Positions 9,665 through 20,060 of a stretch of 64,000 nucleotides of DNA are shown here, piece by piece. Under the pieces are notes generated by a model. That model ran no database searches and was not told the DNA's origin. It saw only the letters and a list, made by a program, of their open reading frames with translations. A program made the position numbers and the translations under genes. The DNA lies in the NCBI GenBank assembly GCA_002497905.1, contig DAFJ01000085.1, forward strand, positions 15,993 to 79,992, written 5' to 3'. Within the stretch, counting starts at the first letter, position 1. Each line of letters opens with the position of its first letter. Origin of the DNA: Euryarchaeota archaeon UBA251 (GTDB taxonomy: Archaea > Thermoplasmatota > Poseidoniia > Poseidoniales > Thalassarchaeaceae).

Positions 9665-10969
9665 TCAGGATTCGATACACGTGACATGCACTACGTGCCA
9701 ATTGTCGCCTCGACTCACTGGCACGTCAACAATGAAACCGCGCTCCCCTTCAACGCCCTTCAGGGCCTTGTTCAACCTTTTCTGAATCTTCGGATGGAGT
9801 TCAGGATCAACCTCGCAACGAAGGACTAGGTGTCCAATACCAGACCTCTCGGCCGCTCTCGCAACTGTAGGCGCATTTTCCATATCTGGGGAGCTCAATC
9901 GATGGCCGCACACTCTTCCTACAGCGACCGTGAAGGGATCGTCAAGAAGTGAATTAGGTGGAGGGGTATCGCTAACAAGGATAGGCCGGCGGAGAGATGC
10001 ACGTTGCCAAATTGGATTATACTCAGGTGCATCGAAAGAGGTGAGCCATGCATCATGAAGGCGTGCCTCAACAACAGCGGGATCTACGATTACAATCCAT
10101 TGGTCGAAAGAAGGTGGCATGCCACGCTTCTCAGAGATAAAGGGTGACGTGCTCCCGGCTTCAACAGTTCGAAGGGGTGTTTTTTGACCCATCCGAATTG
10201 CTCTATGGGACGATTCGCTCGCTAAAGGTCCGACCCAGACGGAGAGGCGATCGATTCGACCTCCTCCTTGGGAAAGCCACTCCCAAGTCCTCGCTGCCCC
10301 TGGAGCTACTTCATTGAGGATCGCATCAATCTCTCCCCGTTGTTTCCTTGAAAGGCGAGGAGAAAGGTCGAGTAAAAGAGCGGGGCCACGCTCATCCTGA
10401 TTCATATGCGGAACCCATGATCTGAGGAGTTCTCCGATGGGTGGAGCCATTTCATCCAAGGTGTGATTCTGTGCGTCTAAAGGACGGGCTGGATCGATAT
10501 GAAGCAAGGAAACCGGAGGTGTAGAAGAAATGCCAGAATCTTCCAATGAGTCGTGATACGTTTTGAGTGCACCTTCTGCATCCACTCCATCCCCTATTAG
10601 AATACGATTAGAGATGCGTCCGGGCCCGTTACCTTTCTCCAAAAGGCGGTTCATATTCGCAGCAGCAAACTTTCCCGCTTCCTCATCTAATTCGATCCCG
10701 AGACCAACGCGCCCTGTCTCAAGGCACATCGCTGCTAGATGGATACCTGAACCACAAGCAGGATCGAGTAGGACTCCTGGTAGAAATTCTGAATTTGAAA
10801 TACGTATTGAACGCTCGACGGCAATAGACCAGGGGGTCGAAAGACGCCGCATCTGATCATTCATGTGAACTGCTGGCTCGCCTCTTCGCGGTGAACTGGG
10901 CTTCAAACGCCGCGTAGCCCAAGATTGAGCGCGGCCATCGCAATTGACCGCCTCATGCCCTTCGCTCAT
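9665..10969 (-). CDS. SAM-dependent methyltransferase, THUMP-like family
   Basis: Motif I LLDPACGSG, GIELD, HIDPAR motif, LSP; C-terminal THUMP-like region. Confidence 0.7.
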   Translation of the reverse strand: MSEGHEAVNCDGRAQSWATRRLKPSSPRRGEPAVHMNDQMRRLSTPWSIAVERSIRISNSEFLPGVLLDPACGSGIHLAAMCLETGRVGLGIELDEEAGKFAAANMNRLLEKGNGPGRISNRILIGDGVDAEGALKTYHDSLEDSGISSTPPVSLLHIDPARPLDAQNHTLDEMAPPIGELLRSWVPHMNQDERGPALLLDLSPRLSRKQRGEIDAILNEVAPGAARTWEWLSQGGGRIDRLSVWVGPLASESSHRAIRMGQKTPLRTVEAGSTSPFISEKRGMPPSFDQWIVIVDPAVVEARLHDAWLTSFDAPEYNPIWQRASLRRPILVSDTPPPNSLLDDPFTVAVGRVCGHRLSSPDMENAPTVARAAERSGIGHLVLRCEVDPELHPKIQKRLNKALKGVEGERGFIVDVPVSRGDNWHVVHVTCIES

Positions 10970-11012
10970 GGCTTTGATTCAGGGTGCCACGGTATGGGCA
11001 TTTCGGGTCGAT

Positions 11013-12026
11013 TCAGATGGCTGCAAGAAGGGATAATTCCAGTTCAAACCTCAGCCATGAGTTCTCAAGTTGATGTCCCTCACTTCCACCATAAGCAATT
11101 GGCGGGGGCAATAGAGTTGTATGTGTTGTCCCTGGTCCAAGTACACCTCGATCCTGTCCAATATCTAAACCAAGGATTGACCAAGGGAATCCATCGATGT
11201 AACATATCCAAGGTGCTCCAGTCTCACACATGGCATCGGGGCCGGCAGTTGCAGGGAGGTCCCCATCGTCTAGTTCTTCTCCTGTATCAGCGTCCCATAC
11301 CGTGTAGTGAACTTGAACTCGGTCGCCTGGATCGGTGTGGACTGGTTCTGTATTTGATCCGCGCATCAAATTGATATCCATGCCCACAACCGCATCCATC
11401 ACAGTCACATGAGATGCATTGATTGTGAACGTAGTCTCATCGATATCCTCCTTCAAATCAAGCATAGCAAAGTAAGATGAATTTTCACCGATACTAGGAA
11501 CCAATAGACTTGTGTCATCACTCTCTCCAAAGACGATGGACTCGTGATCTGAAGTCAGCATGAGGTCAACGGTGTTAGGTCCACGATTATGAATCACAAC
11601 AACTGCACGATCGCCTTCGCCCTGATGTATCCATTCGCATTCAACCTCCCCCGGATATAGGTACTCGTCGTCTTGATCGGACAACACGTCAGGCATAACC
11701 CATGCATCATTTCGAGGTGTACAAGTATCAAACAAGAAATGGACTTCCCAAACCCAACGACCATCTTCCATGAGAACATCATCGTTGCCAGCAGCCAATG
11801 ATTCATCCATACTATTGAGGAATGATACGAAGGAAAAACCAATGACGCCGCCCATGAGAAGAATGGCCACCAGTGTCACGACAGACATCACGAGTGCGAC
11901 ACGTGGTATCGTCATCTCATTGATGCCAATAGGTACCGTTGGATGCTCCTTCTCCTCAGAAGCATCGGCAATCCATGGGCCTGTCATCGAGTCCGGCTTC
12001 CTTCTACTGCGAATCAACCTATCCAC
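11013..12026 (-). CDS. Membrane-anchored protein with C-terminal FKBP-type PPIase domain
   Basis: One N-terminal TM helix; C-terminal PGDRVQVHYT...IDGF...GLDIGQ...LPPPIAYG...LRFELEL FKBP pattern. Confidence 0.7.
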   Translation of the reverse strand: MDRLIRSRRKPDSMTGPWIADASEEKEHPTVPIGINEMTIPRVALVMSVVTLVAILLMGGVIGFSFVSFLNSMDESLAAGNDDVLMEDGRWVWEVHFLFDTCTPRNDAWVMPDVLSDQDDEYLYPGEVECEWIHQGEGDRAVVVIHNRGPNTVDLMLTSDHESIVFGESDDTSLLVPSIGENSSYFAMLDLKEDIDETTFTINASHVTVMDAVVGMDINLMRGSNTEPVHTDPGDRVQVHYTVWDADTGEELDDGDLPATAGPDAMCETGAPWICYIDGFPWSILGLDIGQDRGVLGPGTTHTTLLPPPIAYGGSEGHQLENSWLRFELELSLLAAI

Positions 12027-12045
12027 GGAATGGGAATCACGGAGG

Positions 12046-15000
12046 CTACTCCTGGGCCATCATTGCTGCCTGGCGACTTTGAGCAAGCCATACCACTAAT
12101 CCGAGTTCAATTGCGAGAACAATCAGAGCGATGAAAGCGTTCGTTGGTTCGAGTAGTTCGGACCCAATAGTGAGAATTGCCATGAGGCCAGCAAATACGA
12201 GATCTGTGGCTCCCCAAAACCGTAACATCTTGCGTAATTGAAGGATGCCCGTTAGCCAGGTAAGCGTCGAAAGTATCAGTAAAGTCGAGAGGAAAGCGAT
12301 GTTCGGCAATGGTGAGATAAGGATTCCAAGAACCAACAGAATATGTGCATCAATGAGGTGAGCTGAAGTCCAAATTCGACGAGGTTCCTGAATAGTAAAC
12401 AACGTCGCTACAAATGAGGCAGAACCCATTGTCAGTAGAATATACCCAAGGTTCTCCTGAAGAATGGATACCGAGGAGGATAAAGCGAAGATAGAGATGG
12501 CGATACTAAGCACAGTGCCCATCAGAACTGCAGATTGAGTCCACTGAATCCCTCGACGAAGTCCGAGAATTGAGGCAATCAGTCCTGCAGGACCTACAGA
12601 GAGTAAGGCAATTCCAAAGGCCCAAACAACCCTTCCACCTGCACTTCGATGGTCTTCAAGACCCGCTTCACGACGTCTTCCTTCAATCCAATCCCAAAGC
12701 AGAGCCATGCCAATAAGCACGATTTCGAGGGTTACCCATATCATTGTCCAACTGATAAACGGATGAGTATCAGACAACACGTCTACGCTACCAAAAGAGG
12801 GAGTTCCGCCAAGAGGTATACCAAGGATTCGTGCAATGAAAAGGGTTCCGAGCAACCATTCCAAGGCGGAAGGAATTCGTTTCAGAATATCCTTTCTGCC
12901 GAAGAGTGAAACAGTGATGAGAACCAGATTCATCGCAGCCAAGATGAGAAGGAGACGCTGGTCGCTTATTGATGCACCAACCACACTCGAACCCAATCCA
13001 ACAATCACGGCAAGACCTACCATCGTGATAGCAATCGGCGATTCGATTCCAGCGATATCCGGCAGGGTCAAATTACTTTCATTGGCTCTCCATCTAGATA
13101 CAATCGTCAGTAGAATACTCTGTAATCCAATCCCGATTAATGCTAACATGAGGGCCGACGGAAAGAGAAGAGAAATAGCAAGACCAGCGACAAGCATCAC
13201 TCCAAGGAAAGAGGTCACTACAACTGGACGATGATGAATATCACCAACCATCAGATCTTTAATCCCAGAGGCATCCGATACCTTTGCTCGCTTCTTCTGT
13301 TTCTGAAGAAGTTCAACTATTCTCGGATCGATTACTCGCATACCCGAACCACTCTGTGCAACAGCTGTCTTGGCACGAGCCTCCGGTGAGAGGGCTAAGG
13401 CAGCCTCGGCAGAGGCCTCACTATTGAACATCAGAAGGTTCTGAGAGAGAGGTTCACCTGTCTCGTTTTCCGAAGAGAGTTTCTGAATTATTTCCTGCGC
13501 CTGAATCAAGGAAGACAGTTGCTTATCACGCGTGGTTACTTGTCGAATCTCTGAACGTAATTCCCCATTCACAGAGATCATCAGGCTGGATACTGCAAAG
13601 AGGAAGAGGGCCGCATACAAATGCAAAGCCGAGTGCCCCGTGAGTATGAAGGAAACTGTGATGCTTGACATTAGGAACAGCGCAGCAAAAGAGGAGCGAA
13701 TGATTTCGTTAAGATGAGATATCCTTGGAAGGAATGCAAGGATAGGAATCGAAGTACAAATGAGCATTATCCAGGCAGTTCCAGCATCATCGAGTAGGAA
13801 AGGAGCTGTCATCGGGTATGCTGCAACCCGATCCATGCTGGTTCCCCAAACAAGGACTCCGAACCCGATTGTTGAGAGATTCAGTATGTGCAGATTACTC
13901 TCTTCGCTTCGACCCCGATGAGTCCAGGTCAGAGCATTAGTACTGATTAATAGAAGAACTAGCCAGTAAGCTGCCATCTCATGGCGCCAAATTAGAACAT
14001 AGATTGTGAGGGCGCTCATTACCAATAGAAGACGTGGATTGCCCTGATGTCGATCGAAAGCGTCCGCTCCGATGTGGATTCCAAGGAATACAGAAAACAA
14101 AACGAGTAGATGGCTTCCAGTCATACCATCCTCAACAGTAACTGACAACAATGCGATTAAACCAAGGATGAAACCAAGATTCCAGACCTTCATCAAACCT
14201 GAATCTCGGAGTCGGGCTGAGACCTCTTGAGTTCCGAGGAAACGCTCAGCAAGATTCACTCCTCCATCAGGGTAATTGAGATTCACAATAAGTTGCAATA
14301 GGGCGCTTACACCAAGGAAGAAAGTGAGAGGTGTCCCATCAAATTGAACCGTTGGGAGGCCCGAAAAATCGTTTGTCACCGAGAATGTTTGTACGATTGA
14401 GGTGAGGGCTCCCATGAACAACACCCAAGTCCATGGAAGAAGGGCTGTTACTCCAGAGAGGCTTGGAGAAGTCCTCCGTACTGCAAGATAGGTTGTTGCT
14501 ATCATCATCAAAAGTACCGAACTGAGAAGAAGAAGACCGCCGTCTCCTCCTTCTGTAGAAGGTCGGGATGGAATCAGAACTGTCAGAAGAACAACAATGC
14601 TGACTGCTCCTGTCCAAAGTACCCTATCAGTAACATTGTCTTGATTCGACAAAATCAACCATGCAGCAATAATCACTGCACCCACAGTGAATGTTCCATA
14701 CGCATCAATGAATGATGGAAGTTCGAACAGGCCTGCATCGAGAATTATGAGGAGAAACGTGAGTGCGCATAATCCTCCTCCATTAAGGGCAATAATCCTA
14801 GACGGAGGCACACCCCGAACCGTGAGGTAAGATCCGCTAAACACTGTCAACAGACCTGTGACCATTGCAAGAGCAAAGGACGAATCTTCACGATTTGCAC
14901 CGATAGCCATCAACGCCCCTATTAGGCCTAGGCCTACTGAAACCGACCAAAGACCGGGGCGGCCAAGTCCGACAACATTTAGCCCTGTTGAGAACCAATT

Positions 15001-15972
15001 TTCTGAGGCTGAAAACCGGGAAGCCATGGCTGCATTGATGGCATTTGTGAAGATCAAAAGGAGAAAAAGGACCAGGGGCGTCTCAATGGGAACAACGGTT
15101 AGCGAACCAATTTCGAAGCCATTAGTTAACGCATGCATACCAATCCAAAGATTCGAGGAAGCGATTCCGAGCGACGCGAGGTTTCCACTTCTCCGATGAA
15201 GTGCAAGGAGTTGAAACAGAACTGATGCGCCAAAGATCATGCCAGCTACGCCAATTTCTCCTAACAACGAGCCCACAGTGGAGGAAATCGCAAGAAGAAC
15301 TAGGACTGCTTGGGCTGCGATTGCATCCTCATCATAACGATAAGCAACGCCAACATTGACTCCTACCAATGCCAAAAGAAGGACACCCACGTAATTCTCA
15401 CTAAGAGGGAAAAGCCCAAACAATTCCCATGACCCAAGTTCAATCGCCAAACCATAGAGTATCTTCATTGCAATAATGAGCCAAACAATCCCGAGTTGAC
15501 GCATCGCTGGACGAGGAACCCAACGCTCTCCAAGAGTAAATCCAAATCCAGCAAGAGCCATCAAACCAAGAAGGGCAAAGAGGGGGTTTTCGACGACGGT
15601 GCCGATTAGAATTGAAATCGCAGAATAAACTGTAATCATCGCGCCCATTAACGCCCAATTGAGGCGAATCTCTCCCTGGATAGCGATGTCCTCAATCAAA
15701 TCCCGTTCTGGAGCAATCGGAACACTACCGTCCCGCATGACTCGCCCTGGTCCAATCCCGTCATCCTCTGCAAAAGGGTCGAGGATTTCTCCAATTGCAG
15801 CATCTTCCTCAGGCTTCTCATCAGCCTTTTCCAGCTTAGATTCTTCTTTGAACGAATCTGCGACGTCGTCCAAGAGATCTGAGATATCGATGCCTGAACC
15901 GATGCCGAATTGCCGCTCCTGCAAAAAGCGGTCCTCCTCATCAGGAGGTGTTTCCATGCCCTGTCCTACCAT
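12046..15972 (-). CDS. Very large polytopic membrane protein, function unknown
   Basis: 1308-aa ORF with an acidic N-tail and roughly 30 or more hydrophobic segments interrupted by one soluble coiled-coil-like loop. Start may be the Met at 15957. Confidence 0.75.
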   Translation of the reverse strand: MVGQGMETPPDEEDRFLQERQFGIGSGIDISDLLDDVADSFKEESKLEKADEKPEEDAAIGEILDPFAEDDGIGPGRVMRDGSVPIAPERDLIEDIAIQGEIRLNWALMGAMITVYSAISILIGTVVENPLFALLGLMALAGFGFTLGERWVPRPAMRQLGIVWLIIAMKILYGLAIELGSWELFGLFPLSENYVGVLLLALVGVNVGVAYRYDEDAIAAQAVLVLLAISSTVGSLLGEIGVAGMIFGASVLFQLLALHRRSGNLASLGIASSNLWIGMHALTNGFEIGSLTVVPIETPLVLFLLLIFTNAINAAMASRFSASENWFSTGLNVVGLGRPGLWSVSVGLGLIGALMAIGANREDSSFALAMVTGLLTVFSGSYLTVRGVPPSRIIALNGGGLCALTFLLIILDAGLFELPSFIDAYGTFTVGAVIIAAWLILSNQDNVTDRVLWTGAVSIVVLLTVLIPSRPSTEGGDGGLLLLSSVLLMMIATTYLAVRRTSPSLSGVTALLPWTWVLFMGALTSIVQTFSVTNDFSGLPTVQFDGTPLTFFLGVSALLQLIVNLNYPDGGVNLAERFLGTQEVSARLRDSGLMKVWNLGFILGLIALLSVTVEDGMTGSHLLVLFSVFLGIHIGADAFDRHQGNPRLLLVMSALTIYVLIWRHEMAAYWLVLLLISTNALTWTHRGRSEESNLHILNLSTIGFGVLVWGTSMDRVAAYPMTAPFLLDDAGTAWIMLICTSIPILAFLPRISHLNEIIRSSFAALFLMSSITVSFILTGHSALHLYAALFLFAVSSLMISVNGELRSEIRQVTTRDKQLSSLIQAQEIIQKLSSENETGEPLSQNLLMFNSEASAEAALALSPEARAKTAVAQSGSGMRVIDPRIVELLQKQKKRAKVSDASGIKDLMVGDIHHRPVVVTSFLGVMLVAGLAISLLFPSALMLALIGIGLQSILLTIVSRWRANESNLTLPDIAGIESPIAITMVGLAVIVGLGSSVVGASISDQRLLLILAAMNLVLITVSLFGRKDILKRIPSALEWLLGTLFIARILGIPLGGTPSFGSVDVLSDTHPFISWTMIWVTLEIVLIGMALLWDWIEGRRREAGLEDHRSAGGRVVWAFGIALLSVGPAGLIASILGLRRGIQWTQSAVLMGTVLSIAISIFALSSSVSILQENLGYILLTMGSASFVATLFTIQEPRRIWTSAHLIDAHILLVLGILISPLPNIAFLSTLLILSTLTWLTGILQLRKMLRFWGATDLVFAGLMAILTIGSELLEPTNAFIALIVLAIELGLVVWLAQSRQAAMMAQE

Positions 15973-16072
15973 TCGACTGAATTGAAGGTATCATCGATGG
16001 AAGGTGGAAAGAACCGAACTCCTCCATGATTCGGCCCAATCATTGAAGGATGGACTGTGGACCGGTGGGGCC

Positions 16073-17710
16073 ATGGTTCTGCCCCTAATGGGCACAGCAG
16101 GGGTCGTGACTGAGCCACGGCTACAGGCTATCGGCATTGAACCCGAAGGCGATGTACACTGGAATCTCGAATCCACTGACCTAATCCAGCACGCACTCCA
16201 ACGAGAAGAAGGGCGCTTGACCGCACACGGTGTATTTCTTGCTGAAACCGGTGAAAGAACTGGGCGGTCACCTCACGATCGATTCATCGTCGATGAGACG
16301 CCTTTTACTGATGCAGTGTGGTGGGGTGATGTCAACCGACCGATTGAACGAGATTCCTATCTTGAACTGAAAGCGAAGGTCATCGAGCATCTCTCTTCTT
16401 CCAGCCAGTTACATGTGCAAGACCTTGCCTGTGGAGCCAATCCAAATCTAAGACTCCCTCTACGCCTCGTCACCAATAGTGCATGGCATGCCTCCTTCGC
16501 ACGAAACATGTTCCTTAGGCTGACACCTGAAGAAATTCAAACGCGTGCTTCTGAATTCACCATTCTGCATGCACCGGATTTTGAAGCTCCAAAGAACACC
16601 CTTGGATTGAACTCGCAGGTTTTCGTCATCATTTCCTTCGCCGAGGGAATTGTGTTGATTGGTGGAACACGCTATGCTGGAGAAATCAAAAAATCCATCT
16701 TCTCAATCATGAATCACATTCTTCCGAGTAAAGGACACCTGCCTATGCACTGTTCTGCCAATGTTGGAGATAACGGTGACACTGCAGTATTCTTCGGCCT
16801 TTCAGGAACTGGAAAGACGACGCTTTCAGCCGACCCGCTCCGGCCTCTAATCGGGGATGATGAACACGGTTGGTCCGATGAGGGTGTATTCAACTTCGAA
16901 GGCGGATGCTATGCGAAGATGATTAGGTTGAGTGAAGAAGATGAGCCTGCAATTTTTGCTACAACACGGATGCCTGGATCAATCCTTGAAAATGTAATTC
17001 TCGATGCAGAAGGAATCCCGGATTTTAATGACGGTAAGTTAACAGAAAATACAAGAGGATCATATCCTATCGACTTCATCGAAAATCGTATTCTTAAGAG
17101 CATGGCAGGTCATGCTCATAACGTAGTTTTCCTGACCTGTGATGCCTTCGGTGTGCTACCACCAATCGCACGTCTTAATCCGATTCAGGCCGCTTACCAC
17201 TTCATCTCTGGATATACCGCAAAAGTAGCGGGTACTGAGATGGGTGTCAAAGAGCCGAAAGCAACGTTTAGTGCGTGCTTTGGGGCGCCATTCATGCCCA
17301 TGCATCCAAGTGTCTATGGTGATCTCTTAACAGAGAAAATCGACGAACATGAGGCCACCTGCTGGATGTTAAACACTGGATGGATTGCGGGAGGTTACGG
17401 TAAGAGTGACCGGATTCGAATCCGATGGACTCGAGCACTACTGAACGCAGCACTAGATGGCTCCCTCAACGATGTTGAAATGATGATTGATCCACGATTC
17501 GGATTTGAAGTCCCTGTTGAATGTGAAGGGGTTCCTTCAGATATTCTCGATGTGCGAAGCACATGGAAAAAACCGGAAGAATATGATGATGCAGCAGAGA
17601 ATCTGGTTCAACTATTCAAGGATAATTTCGAACGTTACGAAGAGGATGCCACAACGAGTGTGATGGCTGCAGGACCGCAATCAATGGTCGAACAGCCGGA
17701 CAACTCATGA
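16073..17710 (+). CDS. pckA: Phosphoenolpyruvate carboxykinase (ATP)
   Basis: TGRSP, YAGEIKK, MHCSAN, FFGLSGTGKTTLS, LIGDDEHGW, NFEGGCYAK, ENTR. Start approximate. Confidence 0.96.
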   Translation: MVLPLMGTAGVVTEPRLQAIGIEPEGDVHWNLESTDLIQHALQREEGRLTAHGVFLAETGERTGRSPHDRFIVDETPFTDAVWWGDVNRPIERDSYLELKAKVIEHLSSSSQLHVQDLACGANPNLRLPLRLVTNSAWHASFARNMFLRLTPEEIQTRASEFTILHAPDFEAPKNTLGLNSQVFVIISFAEGIVLIGGTRYAGEIKKSIFSIMNHILPSKGHLPMHCSANVGDNGDTAVFFGLSGTGKTTLSADPLRPLIGDDEHGWSDEGVFNFEGGCYAKMIRLSEEDEPAIFATTRMPGSILENVILDAEGIPDFNDGKLTENTRGSYPIDFIENRILKSMAGHAHNVVFLTCDAFGVLPPIARLNPIQAAYHFISGYTAKVAGTEMGVKEPKATFSACFGAPFMPMHPSVYGDLLTEKIDEHEATCWMLNTGWIAGGYGKSDRIRIRWTRALLNAALDGSLNDVEMMIDPRFGFEVPVECEGVPSDILDVRSTWKKPEEYDDAAENLVQLFKDNFERYEEDATTSVMAAGPQSMVEQPDNS

Positions 17711-17733
17711 ATAATCAGCGATGTTGATGTGTC

Positions 17734-18405
17734 ATGAGAGGAGCCGATGTATCGGATCTGTTCCCGAGTCTTTCCAATGCTGAGGATGCTCCAAATTTCC
17801 CAAAAGGGCCAGTTTGGGAAATTTTGAATCCAAGTTCAAATTTTTCACTGAAATCACAGCTTGATGAAATGGTAGAAAATAAAAAAGTAAATTTTGAGAG
17901 ATATAAAAAAGATGGATCAGCATTCCTAATTCATTATTCTGCAAAGGTAGGAAAAGGTGTTGTTATTGAAGGGCCAACATACATCGGGCCAAATGTTGTA
18001 ATTAGGCCAGGTGCGTATATTCGTCCATATTCTTGGATTTGTGATGGTTCTGTGGTAGGACATTGTTCGGAAGTGAAACATTCAATCTTACTTCCTAATT
18101 CCAAAGCACCTCACTTCAATTATGTGGGGGATTCTATTCTTGGTTCAGGAGTCAATATAGGAGCAGGGTGCAAACTATCCAATCTACGGAACGATGGACG
18201 GAACATCCTCATTCGCGATGGTGAAACGGGGGAATTACTCGAAGATTCAGGGTTGAGAAAGTTCGGAGCGATCCTCGGTGAAGGAGTTCAACTTGGATGT
18301 AATGTCGTGACGAACCCTGGCACAATCATGGGGAAGGAATCTGGTGCATGGCCGAACGTAACCGTGAGCGGTCTGATCAAATCCGGTCAGACGGTCAAGG
18401 AATGA
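17734..18405 (+). CDS. GlmU-like glucosamine-1-phosphate N-acetyltransferase (left-handed beta-helix domain only)
   Basis: Hexapeptide repeats, IRPGAYIRP, EVKHS, APHFNYVGDSILG, NLR, RKFGAILG; no nucleotidyltransferase domain. ATGA overlap with the downstream mutase gene. Confidence 0.8.
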   Translation: MRGADVSDLFPSLSNAEDAPNFPKGPVWEILNPSSNFSLKSQLDEMVENKKVNFERYKKDGSAFLIHYSAKVGKGVVIEGPTYIGPNVVIRPGAYIRPYSWICDGSVVGHCSEVKHSILLPNSKAPHFNYVGDSILGSGVNIGAGCKLSNLRNDGRNILIRDGETGELLEDSGLRKFGAILGEGVQLGCNVVTNPGTIMGKESGAWPNVTVSGLIKSGQTVKE

Positions 18406-20060
18406 ATGGCATGGAACGCCCTCTGTTGCATGGAACAGATGGCATCCGGGGGGCTGTCAAAGCCGCCCCTATGAGTGACCTGGAGGCTCTGAAGGCAATT
18501 GTCGAGAAGCGGGAAGTAAATGGTCGAGCGTTCATGCTTCTCGGGATGGCTTTCGCAGAGGTGCTCAAAGAAGACCTCGGCCGTCAACCGAAAATTGTGA
18601 TTGGTTGGGATAGACGACCCGGTAATGCAATGCTAGTCTCTGGATTGACTGATGGTCTCCATCAAGTGGGGGCAGAAGTCATCCATGGTGGGCTTGTTGC
18701 GACTCCTGGTCTACACAATTCAGTCATCGGCACTCGATCTGATGCCGGACTCATGGTAACAGCAAGCCACAACCCTTCTTCCGATTCCGGAGTGAAATTC
18801 TTCGATGCAGAGGGTCGGAAATCGATGCCTGTCTTTGAACAGCGTGTCGCTGACACAATATGGAGAATCGCTGATCTTGAAGAAGACAGAGAGCCTGATC
18901 CAGAACTATGCCTTCCAGATAAGATGGTCAACGCGGAACGAGGGCATCGAAATACACTTGCAAAACGATTCGATGGAATAGCGAATGATTTCGCCCTTGA
19001 TTCCACATCTATCAATTGGACTGAAACGCTTGGTACCTCCGAACTTCTGCTTGATTCATCTGGAGGATCCGCAGCAGAATGGTTCGCTACAGGTCTCGCT
19101 CGCCGTGGGATTCCATTTCGGGAGATCTCTGATGTGGATTCTCCACTCAACGAAAACTGTGGGGCAGGTGATCTATCTCCTACTGATTCATGGACATGGA
19201 AAGAAATGCAAACTAATGAACATAAATTACTCAGAGAATTAGGAGATTTGCATGGAAATCGGCCCCCAAGTGCTGGAAGTCTCATTGGAGCCGCATTGGA
19301 CGGAGATGGTGATCGTTGCCTCCTAATCGAAGCCATGGATGGTGGTGCGAAGGTAGTCGATGGAGACCAAATGGCTGATGATTTAATGCGAGCATGGTCT
19401 GCAAATGGAATCGAACGAATGACGGCTGCTTTCTCAATCGAAACCGATCTTGCATTGACTGCATCAATAGCTCGTCTTCGAAGTAATGTGATTATTCACG
19501 AATGTGCTGTTGGTGATCGTTGGTTAACCCAAGCGTTGAGAGCGGAGGATTTGAGCGGTGCATCGTGGCCAAAAATCATTGGAGCGGAAGATTCCGGCCA
19601 CCTAGTTCTCGCCTCACCACATCCAGTCATTGATGATGAATGGAGTTTGGTGGGTGATGGGGCAGCTACACTAATCTCACAGTTGATGGCACGTGCTGCT
19701 CTCAATACCATGGATGTTGTTCCAGCATTCACATCGGGATGGAAGCGACGTGTATCCATCCGTGATACCGATCGATCCCGATGGACTGGTGTTGGTCCGA
19801 TTACAGATAGAATCGAAGAAATAATCCTGATTTCCTTGAAGGGACGAGAAGTAAACCTCGAGCGCAAAGGAATTGAAGGAGAATCCGGACTCTTCCTTCT
19901 CCGAGGGGATATCGATGGTATCGAGGCTTCGTTTGGAATCCGTAACTCCGGCACAGAAGCAAAAACAAGCCTTTCCATTCGGGCAAAAACCGAGATAAAT
20001 GGCTTGGAAGAGATTGCTGAGAAAATCAGTGATTTACTCCAGATGGAACTTGTGCCATAA
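18402..20060 (+). CDS. glmM: Phosphohexomutase (phosphoglucosamine/phosphomannomutase)
   Basis: GTDGIRG, TASHNP phosphoserine loop, DGDGDR metal loop, AEDSGH, IRNSGTE; coupled to the GlmU-like gene. Confidence 0.8.
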   Translation: MNGMERPLLHGTDGIRGAVKAAPMSDLEALKAIVEKREVNGRAFMLLGMAFAEVLKEDLGRQPKIVIGWDRRPGNAMLVSGLTDGLHQVGAEVIHGGLVATPGLHNSVIGTRSDAGLMVTASHNPSSDSGVKFFDAEGRKSMPVFEQRVADTIWRIADLEEDREPDPELCLPDKMVNAERGHRNTLAKRFDGIANDFALDSTSINWTETLGTSELLLDSSGGSAAEWFATGLARRGIPFREISDVDSPLNENCGAGDLSPTDSWTWKEMQTNEHKLLRELGDLHGNRPPSAGSLIGAALDGDGDRCLLIEAMDGGAKVVDGDQMADDLMRAWSANGIERMTAAFSIETDLALTASIARLRSNVIIHECAVGDRWLTQALRAEDLSGASWPKIIGAEDSGHLVLASPHPVIDDEWSLVGDGAATLISQLMARAALNTMDVVPAFTSGWKRRVSIRDTDRSRWTGVGPITDRIEEIILISLKGREVNLERKGIEGESGLFLLRGDIDGIEASFGIRNSGTEAKTSLSIRAKTEINGLEEIAEKISDLLQMELVP

